Shown: positions 30,261 through 40,108, numbered from the stretch's first letter. The stretch: DNA of 64,000 nt from an uncultured Christensenella sp. (GCA_910583995.1 CAJTYW010000001.1:157366-221365), one strand, 5' to 3'. Notes: generated from the sequence alone by a model not told the origin. Numbers and translations: made by a program.

Positions 30261-30719
30261 TTATTTCCTTTCATTCAAATAACTTTCCATTTCTGAAAAC
30301 CAAGATTCCAAATCTTTAAATTCCTTATAAACTACAGAAAATCTAACATAAGCTACATCGTCGATTTTCTTAAGTCCTGCCATAACCATATTTCCTATTT
30401 CGTGGCTTGTTACTTCTTGTTGAAGAGAGTTTGTCACTTTTTTTTCTATCTCGGCAACAAGCTTGTCAATCTCTGTAATAGGGACAGGTCTTTTTTCGCA
30501 AGCTTTTAAAATGCCTGTTTTAATTTTATTAATGTCAAATGGTTCTCTCACGCCTGTTTTTTTTACAATATAAATTGGCAAAGTTTCAATTGTCTCGTAA
30601 GTTGTAAATCTTTTGCCGCAAGAAACACATTCCCTTCTGCGTCTAATGCTTACACCATCATCATTCAATCTACTATCAATTACTTTATCTTCAAGGCAAC
30701 CGCAATTTGGACATTTCAT
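30261..30719 (-). CDS. nrdR: transcriptional repressor NrdR
   Basis: 152 aa. N-terminal zinc ribbon CPNCG...CVSCGKRFTTYE plus an ATP-cone. Confidence 0.95.
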   Translation of the reverse strand: MKCPNCGCLEDKVIDSRLNDDGVSIRRRRECVSCGKRFTTYETIETLPIYIVKKTGVREPFDINKIKTGILKACEKRPVPITEIDKLVAEIEKKVTNSLQQEVTSHEIGNMVMAGLKKIDDVAYVRFSVVYKEFKDLESWFSEMESYLNERK

Positions 30720-30943
30720 AATCTTTCTCCATTTAAATTATTAAAAATATTATAGCAAAATAATTTGCTAATGTAAATATTTTTAGCAAATTTTAAATGA
30801 ATTTTTCAAATTTATTGCGTTTATAAGCAAAATACATTCGATTTTTACAGCAAAATTTTGATTTTTAGTAGCTTTTTATCAATAAAATCCAATCTATAAA
30901 AAGTATATTACCTTATAGAAAACTTAATATTTGTTTTGCTTTT

Positions 30944-31207
30944 TCAGTCACTTTCTGTTGCTTTTGGACTTGTAAGCTGAGCAAGAATAGTATCTTCACC
31001 TATTTTAGTTATACATTTCCAAGGAATAAAAAGACTTTCGCCCGATGCAATCGCACGAATAGCCTTTCTTTCTCCGGGTACTACTAAGCCAACTACTTCG
31101 CCGGTACAAGTGATTACCATATCAATAATTCTGCCTAATTTTCTGCCGTCAATTGTATTGACTACTTCTTTTTCTCTTAATTCACAAAAAGTTATATCAT
31201 TCATCAT
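30944..31207 (-). CDS. ylmC: YlmC/YmxH family PRC-barrel sporulation protein
   Basis: 87 aa. Motif L..KEVVN..DG.KLG.I.D typical of YlmC/YmxH. Conserved position after sigG. Confidence 0.8.
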   Translation of the reverse strand: MMNDITFCELREKEVVNTIDGRKLGRIIDMVITCTGEVVGLVVPGERKAIRAIASGESLFIPWKCITKIGEDTILAQLTSPKATESD

Positions 31208-31319
31208 ACTATATTAAATGATTCAAATTTGCAAAATATGATATTAAATTTAATTTTTCAAAAATTTCAAATTAATTTCTTTTTAATTATCAATAATAAC
31301 GATTTTTGATTGATATTTA

Positions 31320-32087
31320 TTACATCAATGCCTTCATTTTTTTAAGTGCAAGTTTTTCAAGTCTTGACACTTGTGCTTGTGATACACCTAATTTTTCCGC
31401 AATTTGCATTTGTGTTTTTTCCAAATAATATCTTGCTTTTAAAATTGCCCTTTCTTTTTCTGTAAGTGTCATAAAACTTTGCTTTAATAGCATTTTTTCA
31501 TTCCACATATCTTCTGTTTCGCCTTTATCATATAGCTGCTCAATTAGTGATAATGAATCTTCTTCATCAGAAAACACATTTTCATAAATACTTACTGGCT
31601 CACTCACAGCATTTAATGCACACGCTACTTCCTGCTCGTAATATCCTGTAGCTTCAGCAATTTCAGATAATGTTGCATTTCTACCACATTTAGTTTCTAT
31701 ACTCTCTCTTGCTTGCAAAGCTTTGTAAGCAATATCTCTTGCACTTCTAGGAACTTTAATACTTGAGCTATCTTTTAAAAATCTTTTTATTTCGCCTATT
31801 ATCATAGGAACAGCATAAGTTGAAAATTTGACATTGTATTTTAAATCAAAATTATTAATAGCTTTTAATAACCCTATTACACCTACTTGAAACAAATCGT
31901 CACTATTATGTTTACTGTCAAAGCGTTGTAACAATGATAGTACAAGCCTTAAATTTGCCATAATAAATTTGTTTTTTGCATCTTCGTCGTTATCGCGTTT
32001 TATTCTTATTAGTAACTCATCTGCTTCTTTGTTTGTGATTTTTGGCAACTTTGCAGTGTCCAATCCACATACTAAAACTTTATGCAT
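31320..32087 (-). CDS. sigG: RNA polymerase sporulation sigma factor SigG
   Basis: Start trimmed to ATG 32087 behind GGAGG. N-terminus KV..CG.DT.KLP as in SigG. Sigma-70 regions 2-4. Directly downstream of sigE. Confidence 0.9.
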   Translation of the reverse strand: MHKVLVCGLDTAKLPKITNKEADELLIRIKRDNDEDAKNKFIMANLRLVLSLLQRFDSKHNSDDLFQVGVIGLLKAINNFDLKYNVKFSTYAVPMIIGEIKRFLKDSSSIKVPRSARDIAYKALQARESIETKCGRNATLSEIAEATGYYEQEVACALNAVSEPVSIYENVFSDEEDSLSLIEQLYDKGETEDMWNEKMLLKQSFMTLTEKERAILKARYYLEKTQMQIAEKLGVSQAQVSRLEKLALKKMKALM

Positions 32088-32125
32088 AAAACCTCCTTTG
32101 TAAAGCAAACATTTTTGCCTTATTC

Positions 32126-32154
32126 TATTATGTCAAATTTTGGAATATTTATTC
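32126..32154 (-). promoter_or_regulatory. forespore-type (SigF/SigG) promoter upstream of sigG: GAATA-17-CATAATA
   Basis: Matches the remembered consensus GHATR-N17/18-CATXHTA. Located about 40 nt upstream of the sigG start. Confidence 0.5.
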
Positions 32155-32182
32155 ATAAAATGTAGAATATAATAAAATAAAA

Positions 32183-32206
32183 GTGAGTATTAATAAAAAT
32201 ACCCAC
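32183..32206 (-). terminator. weak terminator/attenuator hairpin between sigE and sigG
   Basis: 7-bp stem (one G-U pair on the minus-strand RNA) followed by TTTTATTTTATT. Confidence 0.45.
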
Positions 32207-32272
32207 CATTTTTGAAGCAATATTTTAAATTCAATACAATATATACTTAGAAATCTATTCTTTAAAATAAAC

Positions 32273-32977
32273 TTAAACCATTTTTGCAATTTCTTTTTTT
32301 AGCTTAGATAATACTTTTTTCTCTAGTCTTGAGATATAAGATTGTGATATTCCCATAATATCGGCTATCTCTTTTTGAGTTTTCTTTTCTATACCCAAAA
32401 TACCAAATCGCATTTTTATAATTTGTCTTTCTCGCTCGGGCAATTTATTTGCACATTTTGCAAGAGCTTCAGTTTCCACAGATTTTTCCGCATCATAAAA
32501 TACTTCGTCTGGGTCTGTACCTAAAATATCTGATAGTAACAACATATTACCTTCCCAATCTACATTTAAAGGCTCGTCCAAAGAAATATTATTTTTTATT
32601 TTATTGTTTTTACGCAAGTACATTAAAATTTCATTTTCAATACATCTTGCGGAATATGTAGCAAGTTTTATTTTTTTGGTATTGTCGTAAGAATTAATCG
32701 CTTTTATCAAACCAATAGTTCCTACAGAAATCAAATCTTCAATGTCAAGATTTGTGTTTTCAAACCTTTTTGCTATGTATACTACCAATCTTAAGTTATG
32801 CTCGATAAGTTTATTACGGGCATCAATATCCCCTTCAAGCATTTTATCGATTATAATAGCTTCTTCGTCTGCTTCAAGTGGTGCAGGCAAAGCTTCGCCG
32901 CTACCAATGTAGTGAACTTGTCCGCTAGACTCAAAGCCAAATAGTTTTTTTATCAATAAAATAAATTTTTTAAACAT
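32273..32977 (-). CDS. sigE: RNA polymerase sporulation sigma factor SigE (pro-sigma-E)
   Basis: Pro-sequence followed by YIGSGEALPAPL, as in pro-SigE. Motif NLRLVVYIAKRF. Immediately downstream of spoIIGA. Confidence 0.9.
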   Translation of the reverse strand: MFKKFILLIKKLFGFESSGQVHYIGSGEALPAPLEADEEAIIIDKMLEGDIDARNKLIEHNLRLVVYIAKRFENTNLDIEDLISVGTIGLIKAINSYDNTKKIKLATYSARCIENEILMYLRKNNKIKNNISLDEPLNVDWEGNMLLLSDILGTDPDEVFYDAEKSVETEALAKCANKLPERERQIIKMRFGILGIEKKTQKEIADIMGISQSYISRLEKKVLSKLKKEIAKMV

Positions 32978-32984
32978 ACTCACC

Positions 32985-33740
32985 TCAATAAATATCGTTA
33001 TGTAATAATATTTTATAGCTGTTACCTAACTTGTTAAATACGCAATAAACACTTTCGTAAATGCGGTTGTCAACCATAACTTTTTCAAGTTTAAACACTT
33101 CTGTATCTGTGCTACCGCATATAGTATCAATATTGATATGGCCTACTGCTTTATCTTCGCTTTTAAGCGATTCGTCCATTACTATCACCGGATAAATACC
33201 TTTATAATATAAAGTATTTCCGCTATCATAGTAAGCTTGTTCCCTAATTATCTTTTTGTCCTTGTTTATTACTACTTTTTTCACATTACCCTCCGAAATA
33301 TGTTTTTTTTGAATTAACTGAATAATTTTGCGACTAAATGCAAGCGTTAATATAAATATACTGCACATTAAGCCAATATTAATATTTGATGGATTAGACA
33401 TTGTTTCCCTAAAAGGTTGCCATAAATTCATAATTCCAATAATTATGCCACCTGCTGCAAATGAATAAGCTAAAAACACAACAAATACTAACATTAATTT
33501 TTTAAATGACAATATTTTTGCTGTAATAAGACACATAATAAACGCTACTAAAATTTTTATCATAATATCACCAGTAAACTCTATAAGCGGTGAAAAAAGT
33601 GCATAAACTGCACCGATAATCGAAGATAATATTAATTTCCATAAAGTTATCCGTCTTTTCAGCGTTAGCAAAGTTAAATAAAGCATCAACAAATCAATTG
33701 CAAAATTATTAAATAACACACATTCAATATAAATTATCAT
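32985..33740 (-). CDS. spoIIGA: sigma-E processing peptidase SpoIIGA
   Basis: 251 aa. Five N-terminal TM helices, then a C-terminal aspartic-protease-like domain with YDSGN. N-terminus IIYIECVLFNNF resembles the SpoIIGA family. Confidence 0.85.
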   Translation of the reverse strand: MIIYIECVLFNNFAIDLLMLYLTLLTLKRRITLWKLILSSIIGAVYALFSPLIEFTGDIMIKILVAFIMCLITAKILSFKKLMLVFVVFLAYSFAAGGIIIGIMNLWQPFRETMSNPSNINIGLMCSIFILTLAFSRKIIQLIQKKHISEGNVKKVVINKDKKIIREQAYYDSGNTLYYKGIYPVIVMDESLKSEDKAVGHINIDTICGSTDTEVFKLEKVMVDNRIYESVYCVFNKLGNSYKILLHNDIY

Positions 33741-33774
33741 AAAGTAATTATAATTATTTTTAAAGAGATATTAA

Positions 33775-33811
33775 TTGCGAATATGTCGAATATTTTGCCG
33801 TAAATGTCGCT
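33775..33811 (-). promoter_or_regulatory. cluster of Spo0A-box-like heptamers upstream of spoIIGA
   Basis: Plus strand carries TGTCGAA (33784-33790, a perfect 0A box), TGTCGCT (33805-33811) and TTGCGAA (33775-33781). These lie 35-71 nt upstream of the spoIIGA ATG. Confidence 0.35.
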
Positions 33812-33926
33812 ACTAAAATCTATAGGAAGCAAATTTTAATTGACATTAAAATTATATGCACAAGCTGTATCTATTATTATAAAATAATAAAAATATATAA
33901 AATATTATTAAAAAAACGCAAAAAAA

Positions 33927-33949
33927 TAATAGCAAGTTTTCTTGCTATT
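33927..33949 (-). terminator. second (tandem) terminator hairpin downstream of rplS
   Basis: 9-bp stem AATAGCAAG/CTTGCTATT with a 4-nt loop. Long T-run on the minus strand. Confidence 0.6.
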
Positions 33950-33986
33950 AAAAAAATTAAATTGAAATAAAATTGCATAAAAGAAT

Positions 33987-34013
33987 AAATGGACAAGTAA
34001 AACTTGTCCATTT
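33987..34013 (-). terminator. rho-independent terminator directly after rplS
   Basis: 12-bp stem AAATGGACAAGT/ACTTGTCCATTT with a 3-nt loop. Followed by a T-rich tract. Confidence 0.65.
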
Positions 34014-34016
34014 AAA

Positions 34017-34367
34017 TTACTTATTGATAATTTCTTTAAGTTTAGCAGCCTTACCAGTTCTACCACGCAAGTAATAAAGTTTAGCTCTTCTAACTTTACC
34101 ATTACGAACGATATCAATGTGGTCAATCTTTGGTGAATGGAATGGGAAAGTTCTTTCAACACCAACACCGAATGAAAGACGACGAACAGTGAAAGTTTCA
34201 CGAATGCTGCCGTTTTTACGAGCGATAACTACACCTTCAAAAGCTTGAAGTCTTTCTTTGTTACCCTCTTTGATTTTGAACCATACTTTAACAGTTTGAC
34301 CAATTTTAATATCAGGCAAATCTGTACGAAGATTCTCTTGTTCAATAACATCAATAATATTACTCAT
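34017..34367 (-). CDS. rplS: 50S ribosomal protein L19
   Basis: 116 aa. Canonical L19 sequence ([26 protein letters not shown]). Confidence 0.97.
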   Translation of the reverse strand: MSNIIDVIEQENLRTDLPDIKIGQTVKVWFKIKEGNKERLQAFEGVVIARKNGSIRETFTVRRLSFGVGVERTFPFHSPKIDHIDIVRNGKVRRAKLYYLRGRTGKAAKLKEIINK

Positions 34368-34423
34368 TTGACCTACCTCCTATTACGCAGTGTTCATATT
34401 GCTATAGCGGAACACCCGAAGTC
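34368..34423 (-). ncRNA. candidate rplS 5' leader (L19-leader-like stem-loop)
   Basis: Relatively GC-rich 5'UTR in an AT-rich genome. Hairpin GGUGUUC-(14-nt loop)-GAACACU lies just upstream of AGGAGG. Firmicute rplS genes are known to carry an autoregulatory leader, but the match to that family was not verified. Confidence 0.3.
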
Positions 34424-34429
34424 TTAATC

Positions 34430-34458
34430 ATTTTATCATATATAAGTTTACTTTGCAA
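34430..34458 (-). promoter_or_regulatory. sigma-A type promoter of rplS (TTGCAA-17-TGaTAAAAT, extended -10)
   Basis: Hexamers and the TG motif read on the minus strand. Confidence 0.55.
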
Positions 34459-34500
34459 GCATTTTACACATAAATTTTAATAAATTTTTATTTTTTTATT

Positions 34501-34857
34501 TCAATTTAGCCAAAAGGCGTCTTTAATATGCTCTATTTCGTCACCTGTAGTACCTATCACATCAAATCTGACTTGCATATTGTACAAATGATTTGAAGAT
34601 ATGTACATTTTTGCCGAGCGAATGATATGTTTAATTTTGTCTTTAGTAATTGCTTCAAGTGGATTTCCGTAAGAATAACTATATCTTGTTTTTACTTCCA
34701 CAAACACTAAATTATCGCCATCTTGTGCAATAATATCAATTTCGCCGTCACCAATATGAACATTTCTTGCAATAATTTTGTAACCCTTACCTTTTAAATA
34801 TTCGGCTGCAATTTGCTCACCTTTGTCACCTATCTTTTTAGTATTTAAGCCACGCAT
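34501..34857 (-). CDS. yraN: YraN family (UPF0102) endonuclease-like protein
   Basis: 118 aa. Motif GE..A..YL...GY.I...N......GEIDIIA......VFVEVKTR. Confidence 0.85.
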   Translation of the reverse strand: MRGLNTKKIGDKGEQIAAEYLKGKGYKIIARNVHIGDGEIDIIAQDGDNLVFVEVKTRYSYSYGNPLEAITKDKIKHIIRSAKMYISSNHLYNMQVRFDVIGTTGDEIEHIKDAFWLN

Positions 34858-34859
34858 AA

Positions 34860-35477
34860 TTATTCCTTAACAAAGTTTTTTATAAAACTGCGTCTATGTA
34901 TTTCACAAGGACCAAATTGCTTAATCGCATCTATATGCACTTTAGTGCCATATCCCTTGTGTTTTTCAAAAGCATATTCAGGATATTTATTTGCAAGCTC
35001 CACCATTAAATTATCTCTGTAAACTTTTGCAATAATACTTGCAGCACCAATGTTATAACTCAAATAATCGCCTTTTATGATATTTACAATAGGTATATCG
35101 GTATTTAAAGTTAGTGCATCAACCAAAGCAACATCTGGCTTGATTGTTAAGCCTTCTAAAGCATTTTTCATACAAAGTTTTGTTGCTTCCAAAATATTAA
35201 TTTCGTCAATAACAGCGGGTGAAATTTCCGCAATGTTATAGCAAATTGCATTTTCTTTAATCAAATCGCTTAATTTATTTCTCTTTTTCTCACTTACTTT
35301 TTTACTGTCGTCAATACCTTCAATCAATTTATCAAGTGGCATAATTACGGCTGCACAAACTACAGGTCCTGCAAGTGGACCTCTTCCTACTTCGTCTACA
35401 CCTGCAATATATTTATAGCCTTTGTTTAAACACTCTAATTCATATTTCAATTTGTCTTGAACGCTCAATTTTTCCAT
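34860..35477 (-). CDS. rnhB: ribonuclease HII
   Basis: 205 aa. Motifs GVDEVGRGPLAGPVV and DSKK are typical of RNase HII. Confidence 0.95.
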   Translation of the reverse strand: MEKLSVQDKLKYELECLNKGYKYIAGVDEVGRGPLAGPVVCAAVIMPLDKLIEGIDDSKKVSEKKRNKLSDLIKENAICYNIAEISPAVIDEINILEATKLCMKNALEGLTIKPDVALVDALTLNTDIPIVNIIKGDYLSYNIGAASIIAKVYRDNLMVELANKYPEYAFEKHKGYGTKVHIDAIKQFGPCEIHRRSFIKNFVKE

Positions 35478-35527
35478 ATTTTATCCTTTGAATATTGATT
35501 TATATACTTATTTTAAAATTAGAAATC

Positions 35528-36373
35528 TTATAGATTTTCTACCTTTTCAAGCATAATTAAACCTAGTTTGCCTTTTCTGAAATCGTCTATAATGGTTTTT
35601 GCAAGTCTTTCAGTATCAAGCACGCCACCTTTTAATAAAAAACCGCGTTTTTTTGCTATATACTCAATTGCAGCATTATTTTCATTAGGCAATTCCGTAA
35701 TTTTATATCTTTGCATAAAAGAATCATAATAATTATTTCTGCAAAAATCAATCATTTCTTCAGCTAGTTCTACTATATTTAATATATCTTCATTAATACT
35801 ACCAACAAAAGCTAAGTGCTTTGCGTGCTCTTGATTTTCAAAAGACGGCCATAAAGTTCCTGGAGTGTCAAGCAACTCAACCCCTTTTGTAAGCACAACC
35901 CACTGCTTACCGCGTGTAACACCCGGTTTATCGCCTGTTATCGTGCGTTTTGAGCCACATAAGCTATTTATTAAGGTAGATTTACCACTATTTGGAATAC
36001 CTACCACCATAGCTCTAATACTTCTATTAACCCCTTTATTTTGGTATTTTTCTATAAGGTTTTTATTTATAATTTTAAGTCCGTCTATAACTTTTGATGT
36101 GTTTCCGTTTGCACTATTACAAACTACTACTTGCATATTATTTTGTTTGAAATATTTTAGCCATTCTGTCAAATCTTCACGAGATACCAAATCCGCCTTA
36201 TTTAGCACATATAAAATTGGTTTACCTTGAGCAAGCTCATTCAATTTAGGATTAAAAGATGCAGCAATACATCTACTATCTAATACATAAATCAAACAAT
36301 CTACCAATTTTACATTTTCTTCCATCATTCTCAAGGCTTTTGTCATATGCCCTGGAAACCATTGAATAAACAT
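35528..36373 (-). CDS. rbgA: ribosome biogenesis GTPase A (YlqF/RbgA)
   Basis: 281 aa. Circularly permuted GTPase: NKADL (G4) precedes GIPNSGKST (G1) and DTPG (G3). N-terminus IQWFPGHM. Confidence 0.9.
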   Translation of the reverse strand: MFIQWFPGHMTKALRMMEENVKLVDCLIYVLDSRCIAASFNPKLNELAQGKPILYVLNKADLVSREDLTEWLKYFKQNNMQVVVCNSANGNTSKVIDGLKIINKNLIEKYQNKGVNRSIRAMVVGIPNSGKSTLINSLCGSKRTITGDKPGVTRGKQWVVLTKGVELLDTPGTLWPSFENQEHAKHLAFVGSINEDILNIVELAEEMIDFCRNNYYDSFMQRYKITELPNENNAAIEYIAKKRGFLLKGGVLDTERLAKTIIDDFRKGKLGLIMLEKVENL

Positions 36374-37047
36374 TATTTATCCTCCAACAAATCGGGTCTT
36401 CTCTCTTTAGTGATTTTTAATTGCTCATTATAACGCCATTTATCAATTTCTTGATGATTTCCGCTAAGCAATATTTCAGGCACAGCCATTCCATTGTAAA
36501 CTTGCGGTCTTGTGTATTGCGGATATTCCAAAAGTCCGTTTGAAAAGCTTTCTTCGTTTGTAGACTCTGAACTACCAAGAACTCCATCAATATACCTTGC
36601 CAAAGCATCAATAGTCACCATACAAGCAAGCTCACCACCAGTAAGCACATAATCACCGATTGATAGCTCCATATCAATTTCACTATCAATAACTCTTTGG
36701 TCAACGCCTTCATAATGCCCACACAAGAAAAGCAAATTTTCTTCTTTGCTCAATTCTTCAACAAGCGGTTGTGACAAAGTTTTACCTTTTGGCGATAAAA
36801 ATATTCTTTTACAAACTCTATTTGGGTCAACAGCTTTTATTGCATCACAAATCGGCTGTGGAGTCATAACCATACCACTGCCACCACCAAACGGATAGTC
36901 GTCACATTTTTTATGTTTATCCAAACTATACTCTCTTATATCGGTAATGTTTAAAATAAATTTTTCTTTTTCAAGAGCTTTGCCAATAACACTCTCTTTC
37001 AAGCTATCAAACATATTTGGAAATAATGTCAATACTTCAATCTTCAT
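36373..37047 (-). CDS. trmD: tRNA (guanine37-N1)-methyltransferase
   Basis: 224 aa. SPOUT-fold motifs [35 protein letters not shown]. Confidence 0.97.
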   Translation of the reverse strand: MKIEVLTLFPNMFDSLKESVIGKALEKEKFILNITDIREYSLDKHKKCDDYPFGGGSGMVMTPQPICDAIKAVDPNRVCKRIFLSPKGKTLSQPLVEELSKEENLLFLCGHYEGVDQRVIDSEIDMELSIGDYVLTGGELACMVTIDALARYIDGVLGSSESTNEESFSNGLLEYPQYTRPQVYNGMAVPEILLSGNHQEIDKWRYNEQLKITKERRPDLLEDK

Positions 37048-37555
37048 AAACCGCTATTTGCTCCAAAATTTCGTTATTTAAATAAATTTTCTTGTTATCA
37101 ATATCCACTTTTAACAACACTGTCTTTAAACAAGGAAACATAAAATCTCTATTATCATTTATTCCTTTTACAACATAAACATCGGCTGCACCATATTGTA
37201 AAATATTATCCAATATACCAATAGTTTTTTCACAAACTATAATTTCCGAACCGATAATATCTGCAATCAAATATCGTCCTTCTTCAAGTTTTGGCATTTT
37301 ATCTCTTTTAAATGATACTTGCATACCGCGTAAAAGTTCCGCTTGATTTCTGTCATCAACCCCTTCAAGCTTAAAAAATACTCCATTAACAAGATTTTTA
37401 ACACTTATAACTTTGTAGCTAACATTATCAATATAAATTTCTTTTAACTTACTTACAAGCTGTTTGTCACTTGCGGTTATGTCTACTTTTATCTCGCCTT
37501 TTATGCCTTGCGGTTTAATAACTTTACCTATTACAATTTTATCCATAACACTCAA
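37037..37555 (-). CDS. rimM: 16S rRNA processing protein RimM
   Basis: 172 aa. [15 protein letters not shown]-terminal beta-barrel plus a PRC barrel. Overlaps the trmD start. Confidence 0.92.
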   Translation of the reverse strand: MSVMDKIVIGKVIKPQGIKGEIKVDITASDKQLVSKLKEIYIDNVSYKVISVKNLVNGVFFKLEGVDDRNQAELLRGMQVSFKRDKMPKLEEGRYLIADIIGSEIIVCEKTIGILDNILQYGAADVYVVKGINDNRDFMFPCLKTVLLKVDIDNKKIYLNNEILEQIAVYED

Positions 37556-37607
37556 AATCCTTTGAAAATCGATATTAAATTTACAAATTTAGTTGTAATT
37601 ACCAATA

Positions 37608-37630
37608 GACCCCACTTTTTGGGTGGGGTC
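37608..37630 (-). other. GC-rich hairpin between ylqC and rimM (RNA processing, stability or attenuator element)
   Basis: 8-bp all-strong stem GACCCCAC/GTGGGGTC with a 7-nt loop. The only GC-rich element in this AT-rich intergenic region. No clear U-tract follows on the coding (minus) strand. Confidence 0.5.
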
Positions 37631-37639
37631 AAAGGTTTA

Positions 37640-37867
37640 TTACTTTTCGTTAATTTCTACGCTATAGCGTTTGTTTTGCTTCATACCAGAAGACTTGATA
37701 ATTGCTCTAATTGCCTTTGCAACTCTGCCTTGTTTACCGATAATTCTACCGATTTCACTTTTGTCAGAGTTAATATTGATAACTTGATTTTCTTCATCAA
37801 TTTCAATATCTACTAAGCTAGGGTCATCAACAAGTCCATTAATTATTGTTCTTACTAATTCTTGCAT
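37640..37867 (-). CDS. ylqC: KH-domain RNA-binding protein (YlqC family)
   Basis: 75 aa. KH GxxG motif IIGKQGR. Conserved position after rpsP. Confidence 0.85.
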   Translation of the reverse strand: MQELVRTIINGLVDDPSLVDIEIDEENQVININSDKSEIGRIIGKQGRVAKAIRAIIKSSGMKQNKRYSVEINEK

Positions 37868-37869
37868 AA

Positions 37870-38115
37870 TTATTTAATAAGTCCTTCTTTTTTAAGCAAA
37901 TCTTTAACAGTATCAGTACATTGAGCACCATTGCTTAACCATTTGCTAGCAATTTCAGTATCAATTTTTACAACTGCTGGCTCTTTAGTTGGGTCATAAT
38001 AACCGATTGATTCGATATATTGACCATCTCTTGCTTTTCTGCTGTCCATTGCTACAATACGATAAAATGGCTTACCTTTTTTACCCATTCTTGTTAATCT
38101 TAATTTAACTGCCAT
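37870..38115 (-). CDS. rpsP: 30S ribosomal protein S16
   Basis: 81 aa. Canonical [21 protein letters not shown]. Confidence 0.97.
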   Translation of the reverse strand: MAVKLRLTRMGKKGKPFYRIVAMDSRKARDGQYIESIGYYDPTKEPAVVKIDTEIASKWLSNGAQCTDTVKDLLKKEGLIK

Positions 38116-38203
38116 AAGAATAATTCCTCCAAAATTTGTTCATTTTTTATTTTATTTATATAATTAAAATTAATTATCTATTATTTTGTTTAGCAATATG
38201 TTA

Positions 38204-39535
38204 TTAAAACGGCATTCTCATTCTGCCTTTCATACCACCGCTTGTCATTCTACGCATCATTTCTTTTGTCTGCTCAAATTGTTTTAAAAGAGAGTTTACT
38301 TCCTGAATTGATGTTCCGCTACCATTTGCTATTCTTTTTCTTCTTGAGCCTTTAATAATCTGTGGATTCTCTCTCTCATTTGGTGTCATTGAACGAATAA
38401 TTGCCTTTAATCTGTCGATTTGCTTGTCGTCAATATCCAAATCTTGACCTTTAAGCTTACCACTTAAACCAGGAATCATATTAAGCATATCTTTCATACT
38501 GCCCATTTGATTCATTCTCTCAAACTGCTCAAGATAGTCATTTAAATCAAAGGATTTATCTTTAATTTTCTTTTGTAATTTTTTTGCGTCTTCTTCGGTA
38601 ATTGCGTTTTGTGCTTTTTCAATAAGTGTAAGCACATCGCCCATACCTAAAATTCTTGAAGCCATTCTGTCTGGGTGGAAAGCTTCAATATCTGTCATTT
38701 TTTCGCCGATACCACAGAATTTAACTGGTTTGCCAGTTACTGCTTTTATTGATAAAGCCGCACCGCCCCTAGTATCACCATCTAGCTTTGTAAGTACAAC
38801 GCCTGTAATATCTAATTGTTTGTTAAAGGTATCTGCAACATTTACAGCATCTTGACCTGTCATACTATCGACAGTTAGCAATATTTCGTGCGGTTTATAA
38901 GTATTCTTTATAGACTGCAATTCTTCCATCAACTCTTCGTCAATATGAAGTCGTCCTGCAGTATCTATAATCACTACATCGTGACCATTTTTTGTAGCTA
39001 AGTCAAAAGCACCTTTTAAAATTTTTAAAGGAGCGATTTGTCCTTGTTCATAAACAGGCACTCCTACACTGCCACCAACCACTTGTAATTGCTTAATTGC
39101 TGCAGGTCGGTAAATATCACAAGCAACTAACAATGGTTTTTTGCCTTGCTTTTTAAGCATAAGTGCAAGTTTACCGCACATAGTAGTTTTACCTGCACCT
39201 TGCAAACCACACATCATAATTATTGTAGGTGGTTTATCACTTACGGCAAGCTTTGAGTGAGTTGCACCCATAAGCTCGATAAGTTCTTCATTAACGATTT
39301 TTATAACTTGTTGAGCGGGTGATAAACTGCGTAAAATATCTTCACCAATAGCTTTTTCACTTACTTTGTTAACAAACTGCTTAACAACGGTAAAGTTAAC
39401 ATCCGCTTCCAAAAGTGCAACTCTGACTTCTCTCATAGCACCTTTTACTTCAAGCTCTGTAAGTTTCCCCTTATTTTTCAGTTTTGAAAAAATATGTCCA
39501 AGTCTATCGCTCAAACTATTAAATGTCCCCATCAT
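38204..39535 (-). CDS. ffh: signal recognition particle protein Ffh
   Basis: 443 aa. NG domain with [14 protein letters not shown] and TKLDGD. Met-rich M domain. Confidence 0.97.
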   Translation of the reverse strand: MMGTFNSLSDRLGHIFSKLKNKGKLTELEVKGAMREVRVALLEADVNFTVVKQFVNKVSEKAIGEDILRSLSPAQQVIKIVNEELIELMGATHSKLAVSDKPPTIIMMCGLQGAGKTTMCGKLALMLKKQGKKPLLVACDIYRPAAIKQLQVVGGSVGVPVYEQGQIAPLKILKGAFDLATKNGHDVVIIDTAGRLHIDEELMEELQSIKNTYKPHEILLTVDSMTGQDAVNVADTFNKQLDITGVVLTKLDGDTRGGAALSIKAVTGKPVKFCGIGEKMTDIEAFHPDRMASRILGMGDVLTLIEKAQNAITEEDAKKLQKKIKDKSFDLNDYLEQFERMNQMGSMKDMLNMIPGLSGKLKGQDLDIDDKQIDRLKAIIRSMTPNERENPQIIKGSRRKRIANGSGTSIQEVNSLLKQFEQTKEMMRRMTSGGMKGRMRMPF

Positions 39536-39869
39536 TATCCTCCAAGATTTCTTTAAGCAAATTAAGCGACTTTTTGCTATTATCTATATCATTATTGTCA
39601 ATAGCATTTTCAAGTTGCAACATTACTTCTTGCATTTTAAGAAACTTTTTACTCAAACCAAGTTTTGTTTCATAATCTTCAAGTAAATTTTCTGCTCGCT
39701 TAATTGTATCCCTAACCGCTTGACGGCTAACACCAAATTGCTCTGCTATTTCAAAAAGTGAAATATCGCAATCATAATATAGCCTAATCATTTCGCATTG
39801 GTGTTTTGTAAGCAGACAACCATAAAAATCATTATATCTACTTATAAATAGTTTATTTGATTTTGACAT
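39519..39869 (-). CDS. ylxM: YlxM (UPF0122) putative DNA-binding protein
   Basis: Start trimmed to ATG 39869 behind AAGGAG. Motif LT..Q......YY..D.SL.EIAE..G.SRQAV.D. Immediately upstream of ffh. Confidence 0.85.
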   Translation of the reverse strand: MSKSNKLFISRYNDFYGCLLTKHQCEMIRLYYDCDISLFEIAEQFGVSRQAVRDTIKRAENLLEDYETKLGLSKKFLKMQEVMLQLENAIDNNDIDNSKKSLNLLKEILEDNDGDI

Positions 39870-39916
39870 TGTACTGCTCCTTCGCATAATGTGTAAAGGA
39901 CTTTACCTTTACACCA

Positions 39917-39945
39917 ATTATATAGCACAAAAAAATATTTGTCAA
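39917..39945 (-). promoter_or_regulatory. sigma-A promoter of ylxM-ffh (perfect TTGACA-17-TATAAT)
   Basis: Both hexamers perfect on the minus strand with a 17-nt spacer. Confidence 0.6.
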
Positions 39946-40108
39946 GCATTTAGCATTAAAATTTAATTTAATATTGCATATTTATATATTAATTGTGAAA
40001 TTATATATATTTATTAAAATCGAAAAAATATAAATTTTGCAATCGCAATTTTTTAATTTATAGTTAAAATTACATTAAATCAATCGAAAATCGATATTAA
40101 ATTATATT

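Noticed and set aside
33908-34201. 97-aa minus-strand ORF overlapping the 3' half of rplS. Other same-strand alternate-frame ORFs are similar (17328-17591, 17955-18167, 36417-36611, 43852-44055, 49370-49570, 56645-56830, 63157-63375).
   Set aside because: They are out of frame inside strongly conserved genes (L19, PFK, TrmD and others). No independent start signals.
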